The notes beneath the pieces were generated by a model. The model was not told the origin of the DNA, did not search any database, and saw only the letters and a list, made by a program, of their open reading frames with translations. From Mobula hypostoma (Eukaryota): DNA of 64,000 nt. Made by a program: the position numbers and the translations under genes. The DNA lies in assembly GCF_963921235.1 (NCBI RefSeq), contig NC_086108.1, forward strand, positions 81,718,001-81,782,000, in the 5' to 3' direction. Positions 12,534 to 23,642 of this stretch are shown one piece after another (positions within the stretch are counted from its first letter, which is position 1; every line of letters starts with the position of its first letter).

Positions 12534-15500
12534 TCATCTAAAGTCTGCTCGCATTGGGGTTATATATTCAATCCATTTATTCCAGATTTGATAAAATTTT
12601 TCTTTTTGAATTCTCAGGGAGTAAGTCAACTTTTCCATTTTAAATATTTCCAAGATAATTTCGTGCCAATCTTCTAATGTAGGTGGTATTGGATTTAGCC
12701 ACCTTCTAGTGATTGATTTCTTACTTGCCGGTAAGAGGACCTGCAGAAACTTTATATCTTCCTTCTGTTCAAGAAACAATACATGCCCCAAATAGAGCGT
12801 CTCAAAGTTCAGAGGTATCTGGGACCTAAGTACCTTAACTAATGTTCTAATGTTCCTTCCCAATATAGACTTAATTTAGGGCAATCCAAGAAAATATGAA
12901 AATGATTTGCCTCCTTGGAGCCGCACCTTCTCCAACACGTCACGTTTGTATCTTTATATTTTTCCTGATATGGGGTCTTGAAGTATCTTATAATGTTTTT
13001 CCAACAATGTTCTCTCCAAGTCAAAGAATTAGTCGAGGACCATTGAAAGCTGCAGATTTTCCCCCAAGCCTCCTCTGAAAGTACCAACCCCGCTTCTTTC
13101 TCCCACTTCTCTTTAATATACAGTGTATTTACATTTTTAGCATGGGAGAGTGCATTATATAATCGAGAAACTGATTTACTAGGTATTGAACTGTAAGCCG
13201 AATTCAGAATCTTGAAAAATTCTAATTCTACTGTTGATAGGTCTGTATATCTGCAACTCTGGTTAACATAGTTTCGTACTTGAAGGTACCTAAAAAAGTC
13301 ATTGTGTTCTAGGCCATGTTTGTCCTGCAGGATTTGGAAACTTTGTAATACTCTTTTATCTATAAATGAGAGGTAGGTAGTAAGACCTTTCTTTATCCAT
13401 AGCTCAAATCTTTTATCTCCTCTGTTGGGAAGGAATTCGGTATCATATGCACACCATCTAAAGAGTTTTAACATGTTATTAATTCCACATGAATTAACCA
13501 CCTTCTGCCATACTTTTAATGTAAGATTTATCCAACTGTTTTTAATTTTTTCCAACTGGGCCATCAATCCTTTGTCAGCTATTGAGGCCTGTAGAGGAAA
13601 ACTGTCAACTAATCCAAATTCTATTTCCTTCCATCTAGCCTTATATTCCCTATTACACCAATATAACAGAGGGGTTATCTGTGAGGCATAAAAATAATTT
13701 CTCAGGCAAGGAAGAACCATACCTCCTCCTTCCTTCCCTAACTGTAAGGTGTTATATCGAATTCTAGGTTTCTTTCCTTGCCAAATGAAGCGAGAAATCC
13801 ATTTGTCCCATTCCCTGAATTGATTATCATCCACCTCCACCGGTAAAGTACGGAAAAGATACAATAACCGAGGAAGAATATTCATTTTTATAGTATTTAT
13901 CCTTGAATTTAAACTTAGAAAGGGGATAAGATTCCATCTATGCATATCTGCTTTTATCTCTGAGATTAATGGCCCATAATTTACCTGTGACAGTGTTGAA
14001 AGATCCTTCGGCAGGGTTATTCCTAAATATTTTAATGATTTAGCTTCCCACTTAAGATCGTATGTATCCTGCAATTTTTTGGATGGTGTATAATTTAGGG
14101 ACATAACCTGCGTTTTCTTCACATTTATTTTATAACCTGATATTTTCCCAAAGTCATCAAACAGTGTAAACAATCCTATAAATGATTTTTCTGGTTCACT
14201 CAGATAGACCAAAACATCATCTGTGAATAACGTCACTTTCTGTTCAATCCCTGCCACCTTGATGCCTTTTACGATTTCGCTCTGTCTTATTAGTTGGGCA
14301 AGCGGTTCAATATATAACGCAAAAAGGAGAGGAGAAATTGGGCATCCCTGTCTAGTGCCTCTCTCTAAGATGAAGGAGTCAGAGAGGTCCCCATTTATCT
14401 TAATTCGGGCTGTAGGGCTGTCATATAGAGTCTGAATTACTTTAATAAACTTTTCTTGAAAGCCGAATCTTCCTAACACTCTGTATAGGAATGCCCAACT
14501 AACCGAATCAAAAGCTTTCTCAGTGTCCAATCCTACTACCATTGTCTCTGTCTCGTTCTTATTAACCTGTTCTAATATGTGCAGAGTTCTCCTTATGTTG
14601 TCCTGTGTTTGTCTTTGTTGAATAAATCCAATCTGGTCTAAATGGATTAGACCAGGTAAAGGCATTTCCAATCTGCGCGCTATTATAGATGTAAATAGTT
14701 TGTAATCTAAATTAAGAACACTAATTGGCTGATAATTGCCACATTCTAGTTTATCTTTACCCTCTTTAGGAATAACTGAAATAATCGCTTCTGTCCAGGA
14801 AGGTGGAGTTTCTCCTCTCTGCAAGATCCAATTAAAGATGTTAAGTAGTAATGGGGCTAACTCTGTCTTCAGGGACTTGTACCATTCTGAGGTAAACCCA
14901 TCAGAACCCGGGGACTTTCCAGCCTTTAACCTAGAGATGGCCACGTTCAGTTCTTTGACAGTTACTGGTTCTAATAAACTTTCATTTTGTAAATCTGTAA
15001 GTTTAGGTAGATCTAAAAAATTCAATACACTGTCTATATAGGGCTCATTGGGGGCCCGGGGTTGGGAGTACAGCTCTCGATAATATGTTTCAAAACTCTC
15101 TTGAATTTTCCCTATTGTACTCTCCACAAGCTTTGTCTTTGGATTCTTTATTTTATGAATTGTATTGTCTGCTTGTTGTTTTCGTAATTTATATGCTAAT
15201 AATCTAGCTGATTTACCTTCTACTTCATAATTCTTTTGTCTCAGGTAAAGAAAATTTCTTTGAGTTTCCAATGTATAAATATCGTCAATTTCACTTTGCA
15301 ATTTCCTAATTTCCTGTTTTCGATTTGAATTACTTTTGTTGCTATCTACAACTTGAAGTTGTTTTAATTTTCCTTGAAGGTCTGCTAATTTTTGTGCATT
15401 GATTTTTTTCATGTGAGTGGTAATGGAAATAATTTTCCCTCTCAGTACAGCTTTCAATGTATCCCATAATATCACTGGTGATGTTTCTCCCGTGTCATTA

Positions 15501-16320
15501 AGGTCTAGATATTCTTTGATTTCTCCCCTTAATCTCTCCATTACTTTCGGGTTATTGAGTATATGTGAGTTTAGCCTCCATAGTGTTTTCCTCATTTTCC
15601 TTTCCAGGATTAGAGACATAGAGACTGGGCTATGATCCGACAGATCAATTGTTGCAATATTACAGTTTTTTATCCTGAGTCTATCTGTATTAAAGATAAA
15701 GAAATAGCCTATCCTTGAATAGGCTGAATGAGGGAAAGAGTAATGTGTATAATCTTTACTAGTAGGGTGTAATTCCCTCCAGACGTCTATAATTCCCAAC
15801 TCCTCCATCAATGAGTTCATTTTCTGAGTCAGAGGTTTATTCTGAGTAACTATTCTTGAAGCATCTAATCAGGATTTAATCTAATATTAAAATCCCCTCC
15901 ACAAATTACTACCCCTGGAGAACTGACCATTAGGTCAAAAATGTGTCTATAAAATGACCATTCACAACCTGGAGGAGCATAAACATTCAGCAATGTTATT
16001 TCTGTACCTTCTATTCTTCCTGTGATTTTTACAAACCGTCCTTCTTTGTCTTTAGTCTCTGAAATATGTTCATAATTAAGAGTACTTGATATTAAAGTAG
16101 CTACCCCTCTTCTGTGACTCAATTTATATGATGAATAAAATACATGCTTAAAGCCCATTCTTTTTAATTTTCCATGTTCAGATTGGCTCATATGTGTTTC
16201 CTGGAGGAAAGCTATTTGTACCCTCTCTTTTTTCAATTTAGACATAATCTTATTTCTTTTAATTGGATTCAAAACCCCATTAACATTATAGGAAATTATT
16301 TTTACCAATTCAGTTTGCAT
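12534..16320 (-). pseudogene. L1 ORF2 (APE endonuclease, reverse transcriptase, C-terminal zinc knuckle) with two frameshifts
   Basis: EN motifs SYNVNG, FLQETH, LLNVYAP, GGDFN and SDH; RT motifs GTRQGCPISPLLF, LFTDD and KYLG; knuckle CWRRCGSKEANHFHIFLDC. Frame changes at about 15870 and 12850. Confidence 0.93.
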
Positions 16321-16682
16321 TTTTCATTAGTAGAAAAAAAACACTCTCTATTTCTAACCAAACAGTAAGCAATCCCTTCTCAACAGTAAACCAAGACATA
16401 TAACCACACCCTAGACATTTTTGAACGTGTAACATTTGAAAATTTTTCCCGACTTCCCACAGTGAGGCCTGAGCACCGACCCGCCTCAGTTCAGAGGGAT
16501 AACCTCTATCTTCACCCTGTGTTAGAGAGCCCTCAGCAGTTTGAATAATCATAGAGAATTTTCTCCTATTTATGTCTCGACCATATTGCTATCATTCAAG
16601 TTATTCCGCCTAGTTTATCTTCAGTTACCAGTTTTCATTTTACCTTTAAGTCCGATTTACTCTTTTCAGTCATTTCTCTTAA

Positions 16683-17669
16683 TTAATCTGTATTCTCTGT
16701 ATATTCGCCTCTGAATATTTGCAGCTTTTCCTTGTAGTTTGACACTCTGGTTGGAGTGGAGCGTCCTCGCCCCACTAACTGCCATGACTTCTGCCGAATC
16801 CTCTCCAGTAGCGACTCTGGTTGGGTGATAACTTTAATAGGTAGTCCCCGGTCCACCAGGTCCGACGTTGCCTCCTCCACCGTAACGTAAGTTTTTGTCC
16901 CTTCGTCGTAAAAGACTCTCAGCCGAGCTGGATACAGGATCTGGAATCTGATGTTGTTTTCCTTCAGGACTCTCCGTGTTTCCGTATATTCCTTCCGTCT
17001 GGCAAGAATCCCTGGTGCGTAGTCGTGATCTAAACTGATTTTACAGTTGCTCCACATGAAACCTTTCTTTTGCCATGCCCTTTTAAGCACCTCTTCCTTC
17101 GTTCTGTAACGGAGAAATCTGACCAGAATTGATCTGGGCTGGGCGCCTGCCAGGGGCTGTGGTGCAAACGCGCGGTGAGCCCTTTCTATCTGTAGGTCTT
17201 TTGCGGCCGGTGTATCAAGGTTCTCTCTAAGCAGCTTCTCTATGAAGGGAATCATCAATCCGGGTTTACCTTCGATTCCTTCGGGAACTCCGTAGATCCT
17301 CACATTTTCCCTTCTCGAGCGGCCTTCTTGATCTGTTAGTTTCCACTGGAGCCGGTCTTGCAGCTTCAGCATTTCTGCTATCACTTCCTCAACGTTTTGT
17401 AGCTTCTCTTCAATTCCAACAATCCTCGCTTCGGCTTCATCTATCCGCGAGTTAGTTTTTACTATTTCTCCTTTAATATCTTGCAGCTCTTTGCTGTTAT
17501 CTTGTCAGAACTCGCGAATCTCTCCGAGAATCAAAGACAGAGTCACCGATTCCCCCTCATTATCTCCGTCCTGGCTTGCCATGGGGGAGCTAGGCCCGTC
17601 GCCTTGCTGCGTCTCTTTATGTTTATCAGCCTTCGGAGCGGACTTTTTAACCTTGTTCTTAGACATCAT
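16683..17669 (-). pseudogene. L1 ORF1 (coiled coil, RRM, CTD) with one premature stop
   Basis: The ATG at 17669 is in frame with EGRSRRENVRIYGVPEG...IERAHR...PRSILVRF...YPARLRV. An in-frame TGA lies at 17505-17507 (likely CGA>TGA). Confidence 0.9.
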
Positions 17670-17816
17670 GCTTGCCCCTTTTATTAATATAGTTATGCAA
17701 TATTAAGTATTTGTCTAAATTCGATTTTGGGGCAGTTTACCTTCTTTTTTGTCAAAGAGACCTTTTCCTTACGCCGCCATTCCCTTGATGACCCGGAAGT
17801 CCACACCTGAATACTC

Positions 17817-18727
17817 AGTCACTTTTATATTTCTCTGATGTAACTTCGGTCTTGGCTTTAAAGCATTAAGCTCAGATTCTGCAAGAACATTTACTTGCGC
17901 TCCAGTATCAAGTTTAAACAGAATATTGTTTTGATTCACTTGCAACGGGATAGTCCAATCATTCTTTCTTTGTTTATTTTCACAAGGCACATCTATATAC
18001 AATTCCTCACATTCATCTTCAAACACAGCATTTACTTGTTTCAATTTATTTTCCTCCTTTCTACTTTTACAACGGTGTGAAAAATGATTAGTCTTACCGC
18101 AGCCATTGCAAATTTTGTCATATGCGGGACACTGATTTGGACGATGTTCCCGCGCACAGCGATCACATGACTTCTTTCTTTCCAGTGCTGTCTTGCTCTC
18201 TGTCGGTTTCATTGACGTGTTATTATATTTCTTGATATATTTGCGCTTTTTTACAGCGTTTACATTGCAGTTTTCGACAAAAAGCTCTTCAGCCTGCACC
18301 GTCACAGTCTCAGAAGCTTTGCAAAGAGCCAAAGCTTTTTCAAAATTTAAATCTTGCACTCTCAACAGTCTACTATGCTTTCTTAACTCAGTAACATACT
18401 GATCAATTGTTTCAGCAGCTCTGCGCACATGTGAAGAATTTTTATCCCTCATACGTTAAATTACGCATAGGTATACAAAATACTTCAAATCTGTCCATTA
18501 TCAACTTTAAATTGAAATTATCTCCATCTTCAAAGACAAAATTATTAATATACCTCTACTGTATCATTCCCGATTACAAGGAGCAAAAGCGCAGCTTTGT
18601 TTTTTTCTAAATTTTCTTCATAATCGATCACTAATAAGTATAGTTCAAACTATTGCTTGAAGATCCTCTAATTCTCCGCTACATTGCCAGTCAGCTGAAG
18701 TTTTGGTGGGGGTTGTAAACCTTCCAT
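17817..18727 (-). pseudogene. Degraded Gypsy gag and aspartic protease N-terminal half (protease continues at 11965-11799)
   Basis: MEGLQPPPKLQLTGNVAEN start, Cys/His knuckle CPAYDKICNGCGKTNHFSHRC, and catalytic FKLDTGAQVNVL. After removing the L1 the frame continues EYSGADIPV...SILGLSDCERLNLVKRI. Confidence 0.88.
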
Positions 18728-18810
18728 TTTACCGTTTACTGTTCGAACTTTTTTCTTTTTTTGTTCGATCATCTTCAATTCTCGATTCTCCCGTCTTATT
18801 CTTCCAGAAC

Positions 18811-18824
18811 CACTTCTGACACCA
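18811..18824 (-). other. Primer-binding site, probably tRNA-Leu
   Basis: cacttctgacacca on + matches the recalled 3' end of vertebrate tRNA-Leu (…CACUUCUGACACCA) and abuts the 5' LTR. Confidence 0.75.
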
Positions 18825-19022
18825 TGTTATGTTACTTCTGTTTAAACATACCGTGGGTTAACAGTAAAGAATCATATTCTGGAAGAATTAGAGAACTTTT
18901 ATTTACAGTAATAAACAAACACATCTTAACCCAGCCACACGCTGGAACACTAGCAATCCCGTGCATGCTCAGTGCTCTGTCCAATCATGTACTGGCACAT
19001 CATTGCACGTGATATCACCACA
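18825..19022 (-). repeat. 5' LTR (198 bp)
   Basis: TG...CA termini, direct repeat of 10943-11142, adjacent to the PBS. Confidence 0.92.
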
Positions 19023-19122
19023 CAGTGATGAGTAACTGAATGTAAAAACAAGGCTTAATTTTCAAAAAAAGTCCAAAACTGCAAATGTTCACGAAGGACA
19101 AACAAAGCACAACTCCGTAGCG

Positions 19123-19887
19123 CAAGGGTCCCCAACCTTTTTTGCACCACGGATTGGTTTAATACTGACAATATTCTTGCCAACCGGCCGACCCGGGGGT
19201 GGGGGGGGGTTGTGGGGGTGTTCAAGTAGGGTTAAACTCACCTCAACATGTCTTTTACAGTTAGGGTTGCCCAACTTTCTCACTCCCAAATAAGGGACAA
19301 AAGTAGCAGTCAAATCCCAGGACACTTTACCCAAGAAGACTACCATGACCATGAAGTCTTGCGTGGGCACCTGTGTGCGTGTGCATATGTGCCGATTTTT
19401 TTTTTCCCACAAATCGGTTTTGCCTTCATCTTCCTGACAATACTGTACATACAGCCTATATAAAGTAGAAATAATGTATATTTATCATATCATTCCTGCT
19501 TTTACTATATGTTAGTGTTATTTATTTTCAGTTTTCTGTTTTATTTGGTATGATTTAGTAGGTTATTTTTTGGGTCTGGGAACGCTCAAAAATTTTTCCC
19601 ATATGAATTAATGGTAGTTGCTTCTTCGCTTTACGCCATTTCGGCACGAAAGGTTTCATAGGAACGCTCTACCTTAGCGGGGGAAATACGGGACAAGGGT
19701 GGTCCCGTATGGGACAAACCAATTTAACCCAATATACGGGATGTCCTGGCAAATACGGGACAGTTGGCAACCCTATGTTGAAGTTCAACAGTGCGTGACA
19801 GGGAATGAGGAAAGGTGAAGCTGACTCATATCGTTTCCTTGCGGCCCGGTAGCACATGCTTTGCGGCCCGGTGGTTGGGGACCGCTG
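19123..19887. mobile_element. hAT MITE with a perfect 8-bp TSD and an internal second TIR pair
   Basis: TSD ccgtagcg (19115-19122, 19888-19895). TIRs caagggtccccaacc / ggttggggaccgctg. Internal tagggttgcc (19262) ... ggcaacccta (19775). Confidence 0.88.
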
Positions 19888-20294
19888 CCGTAGCGCATGA
19901 GTGTCAATTGTAAACTGACTAGCAAAAACCTGTGATGTACCGCTGGTGCAGACGCCTGGCACCTCAGGATCAAACAAGTATCAAACGGTTATGGAACGAC
20001 TGCAGAACAAAAGTCCCTTCTTTCCTAGTTTGACTCAATGTTGAAAACAGATTAATGTGAAAGCAGATAACATTCACCAAAAGATGTGCATGAAATAATA
20101 AAATCGCTAAAAATAATTGCTAAGTTTTAGATTTATTCTCAGTAAAACCCATTTCGAGCTCTAAGCTACTTGAATTCCTGTTATAGATTTTTTTTTCTAC
20201 AAATCAGTTTTTGGTTAATACTTTTTGCATGAGTAGGCTTACTTTTCCATTATTATCACTGGGGTGCAATGCACACTTTTGGTGCATGCGCCCT

Positions 20295-23200
20295 CCTTCC
20301 TGTCATACGTTGAACAGAACTGAATGCGTACTCCAAATGTAGAGCTTTATAATGCTGCAATATAACTTCCTGACTCTTGAAACCAGTTCCTTGATTTATA
20401 AGGTCAAACATGCCACATGCCTTCTTTACCACCCTGTCAGCCTGTGTAGCCACTGTCAAGGAACCAAGATCCCAAGGCGCATCAATAGTGTTAAGGGTCT
20501 TGCTATGAACTGTGTCTTTACAGTTATCTCCCAATATGCAACTCCTCACTTTTGGTTTAGTAAAACTCCTTCTACTATTTTTCTGCCTAAATCTGCAACT
20601 TCGAGCAGAAAATCCTCAAAAAGTAGTGGATTTGGCCCAGTACACCACAGGTAAAGCCCTCACAACCATTGAGCACATCTACATGAAACATTGCCATAGA
20701 AAAGCAGCATCCATCATCAAAGACCAGGTCATGCTCTTTTCTCGTTGCTGCCATCAGGCAGAGGGTACAAGAGCCTCAGGACTTGCACTACCTGGTTCGA
20801 GAACAGTTACTATCTCTCAAGCAGCAGGCTCTTGAACAAAAGGGAATAACTACACTCATTCTACTTCTGGTGTTCCCACAACCGATGTTCTCACTTTAAG
20901 GACTCTTTATTTTGTTATTTCATGCTCGTTATTTATTACTGTTTATTTATATTTGCATTTGCACACTTTGTTGTCTATTGATCCTGTTTACAGTTACTGT
21001 TCTATAGATTTGCTAAGTATGGCCACAGGGAAAAGAATCTCAGGGTTGTATGTGGTGACATGTTTGTACTCCGGTTTTAAAAATAAATACTTCGAACTTA
21101 TCTTTGTCCCACAATGTCCTTTGCTAGTCATCTACACTGTCAACATCACTATCAATTTTTGCATCATCTGCAAATTTGCTAATCCACCTATCTACATTAA
21201 CATTTTGCTCGTTCATATACTGCATATCACAAAAGCAAGAGGTCTGAGTACAGATCCCTGAAAAACACAATTGGTCACAGACCTCCAGTCAGAATTAAGG
21301 CCCATTGACAACTATCCTTTGTCTTCTATGGGCAAGCCAATTCAAGTCATGTCAAATTTATTGTAATTTAACTATATATGTATATGGCATATCATATAAT
21401 GTATATACTGTAGAAATGAGATAATATTTCTCCGAACCAGGGTGTACACAGAAGACTCACTACACACAATAACTTATGAAAGTAAGGATAAAATCTACAG
21501 ATGAATTGTGCATAAATAACAGACTAAAGTGCATTAATAATAAATATTGTAAGGTACGGAACAGATTAACCAATGACACTTCGAATATTTTGTGGCTGGG
21601 AGGTCAGAAGCCCAATTGCCTGGGGAAGAAACTGTTTCTCATTCTGACCATTCTTGTTTTTATACATCATAGTCTCCTGCCTGCTGGTACAAAGTCAAAG
21701 AGGATGCTGGATGGGTGGGTGAGATCCTTAATGGGCCCTGTATACGCAGTGCTCCTGATAAATGTTCCCAGTGGATGGTAGGGAGACCCCTATGATCCTC
21801 TCAGCTGTTCTCACAGTCATTTGTAGGGACTTCTGGTTCAATGCTCGACTGCTACCATACCAGATGGAGGTGCAACTTGTCAGGACACTCTCAATGGTGC
21901 TCCTGTAAAACACAGTTAAGATGGGGGGTGGGTGGTGGGAGCCTGACTTGCCTCAATCTTCTTAGGAAGTGGAGGTGTTGCTATGCCACCTTGTTCAGAG
22001 AGGTGATAGTAAGGGACCAGGTGAGGTCATCTGTGATGTGAACTCCCAGAAACTTGTAACACCTCTCTGTGAAGGAGCCATGTATTTGCAGAGGGGGATG
22101 GCTTGCCTGCACCTTTCTGAAGTCCACAATGATTTTCTTGTGTTCTCCACGTTCAGGATCGGGTGGTTGTTCTCTCAGCAATCCACCAGCCACTCCACTT
22201 CCTCTCTATACTCCATCTCGTCATCGTTCTTGATAAGACCAACCACTGTTGTGCAAACTTGATGACACAGTTTGAGATGGATCCTGTGTCAGCAGTATGA
22301 ACAACAGAGGGCTGAGCACACAGCCTTTGGGAGCGCCAGTGCTCAGCATAATGGGAAGAGAGACATTGCTGCTCACACAGACTGACTGTGTCCTTATTGT
22401 TAAGTCTAATATCCAATTGCAGAGGGAGGTGTTGAGACCCAACAAAGACAGTTTCCCCACCAGTTTCTAGAGAGTGATGGTGTTGAGTGCTGAATTGAAG
22501 TCTATAAATAGCAGTATGGCATATGAGACCCCACTTTCCAGGTTGATCAGGACAGAGGACAGATGGCCAATTCACTATGGATAACATGCTTCTTAATCTA
22601 CTGGATGAGTCTTGCATGACAGACCTTGTCAAATGCCATACCAAGATCCTTGTATACACAGTCCATTGCTCTACCCTCATCAATGATTTTTATCACCTCC
22701 TCAGAGTTCGGATAACTTGCTAACTTCCCTTAATTAGGTCATTAATTTTCCAAATGCTCATAAACCCTTTCCCCAAACCTACCACTTAACTTCCCTAGCA
22801 CTGGGTTGAGACTCAAGGCTCTATATTTTCCAGGACTGTTCCCATTTCTCTTCTTAAATAATAGAGCAACATTAGTTACTCAGCAGTCCTTCAGCCAGAA
22901 ACGACAAGAAAATATTGGTCAAGGCCCCAGCGATCTCATCTCTCAATAACCTAGGGTGTGTACCATCAGGCCCCAGGGACTGAACCACTTGAATGTTCTT
23001 TTAAGAGACCCAGCACTGCCTCATCTATCGCTAAATGCTCTAGCATATCAGCATGCTCCACACTGATCTCACTATTCTCTACGTCCTAAATACTGATTTA
23101 AAGTACTCATTTGGGATCTTGCCCACACCCTCTGCCTCTAAGGACGCATCCCTCCTAAGCTGTTGAGTTGTCATACCACTCACTATTTATCTTCTTGCTC

Positions 23201-23390
23201 CTGATGAATGTATCGAATATCTATCAATTCGCTTTAATGCTATTTGCCAAGGACTTTTCATGGCCTCTCCTGGCTTTCATAATTTCCTTGAGGTATTTTC
23301 TGGCATTTTTTTAAATCCACAGTAGCTCTGTCCGATTTAATACTCTTCCACCAGGTATATATTTACTCTTACCTATGGCTATCTTAAAAC
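20295..23390 (-). mobile_element. Continuation of the degraded CR1, interrupted by Rex1/Babar-like LINE fragments (about 20600-21085 on +, 21342-22520 on -)
   Basis: CR1 peptide QADRVVKKACGMFDLINQG. Rex1/Babar-like peptides FYRSTIESVLTSCTSIWYG, YKFLGVHITDDLTWS and [16 protein letters not shown]. Confidence 0.7.
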
Positions 23391-23399
23391 TTAAAGGAG

Positions 23400-23642
23400 A
23401 TTTTTAAAAAAGCGATATAGCATGGTAATAAGCCCCACAGGCTCAGTGTGTCCATGCCTCCCAGTTACACCTATGTAACCAACTGACCTACTAAACCATT
23501 TGTGTTTGAAATGCAAGAGGCACCCAGGGGAAACCCATGTGGTCATGGGGAGAACGTACAAACTCTTTACAGACGGTGTTGGGAAATGAACCCAGGTCAT
23601 TGGTGCTATAAGGTGTTGCGCCAACAGCTATGCTACCGTGCC
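23400..23642 (-). mobile_element. tRNA-derived SINE (related copies at about 32900-33060 + and 48310-48570 -)
   Basis: Head gcacggtagcatagc...ctgggttcatttccc with A/B-box-like motifs. The body gtttgtacgttctccccatgaccacatgggtttcc recurs elsewhere in the window. Confidence 0.65.

Larger units (their letters stand above)
11979..17803 (-). mobile_element. Full-length L1 LINE (about 5.8 kb) with a 13-bp target-site duplication
   Basis: TSD cacctgaatactc at 11966-11978 and 17804-17816. AATAAA and a short poly(A) at the 3' end. The 5' end reads GGACTTCCGG...ATGGCGGC. ORF1 and ORF2 are both present. Confidence 0.95.
10943..19022 (-). mobile_element. Non-autonomous Gypsy LTR retrotransposon (about 2.24 kb without the L1) carrying captured host gene fragments
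   Basis: Paired TG...CA LTRs, 5-bp TSD with one mismatch (ctgtg 10938-10942, cagtg 19023-19027), PBS TGGTGTCAGAAGTG next to the 5' LTR, purine tract AAAGAAAGGAAGA before the 3' LTR, and gag, protease and integrase-tail remnants. Confidence 0.92.
10460..20294 (-). mobile_element. Non-autonomous hAT (Charlie/SPIN-like) element with a BED-finger transposase N-terminus, hosting nested insertions
   Basis: Left end CAGGGGTGGCCAACCTTTT. ORF 10738-10938(-) MSKRK...REFNEQWENEFLF...KPLCIVCENTFSHNRIRDLNRHYKTQH is a BED-type zinc finger. The right TIR and TSD are not recognisable, so the right boundary is taken from where CR1 resumes. Confidence 0.7.
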
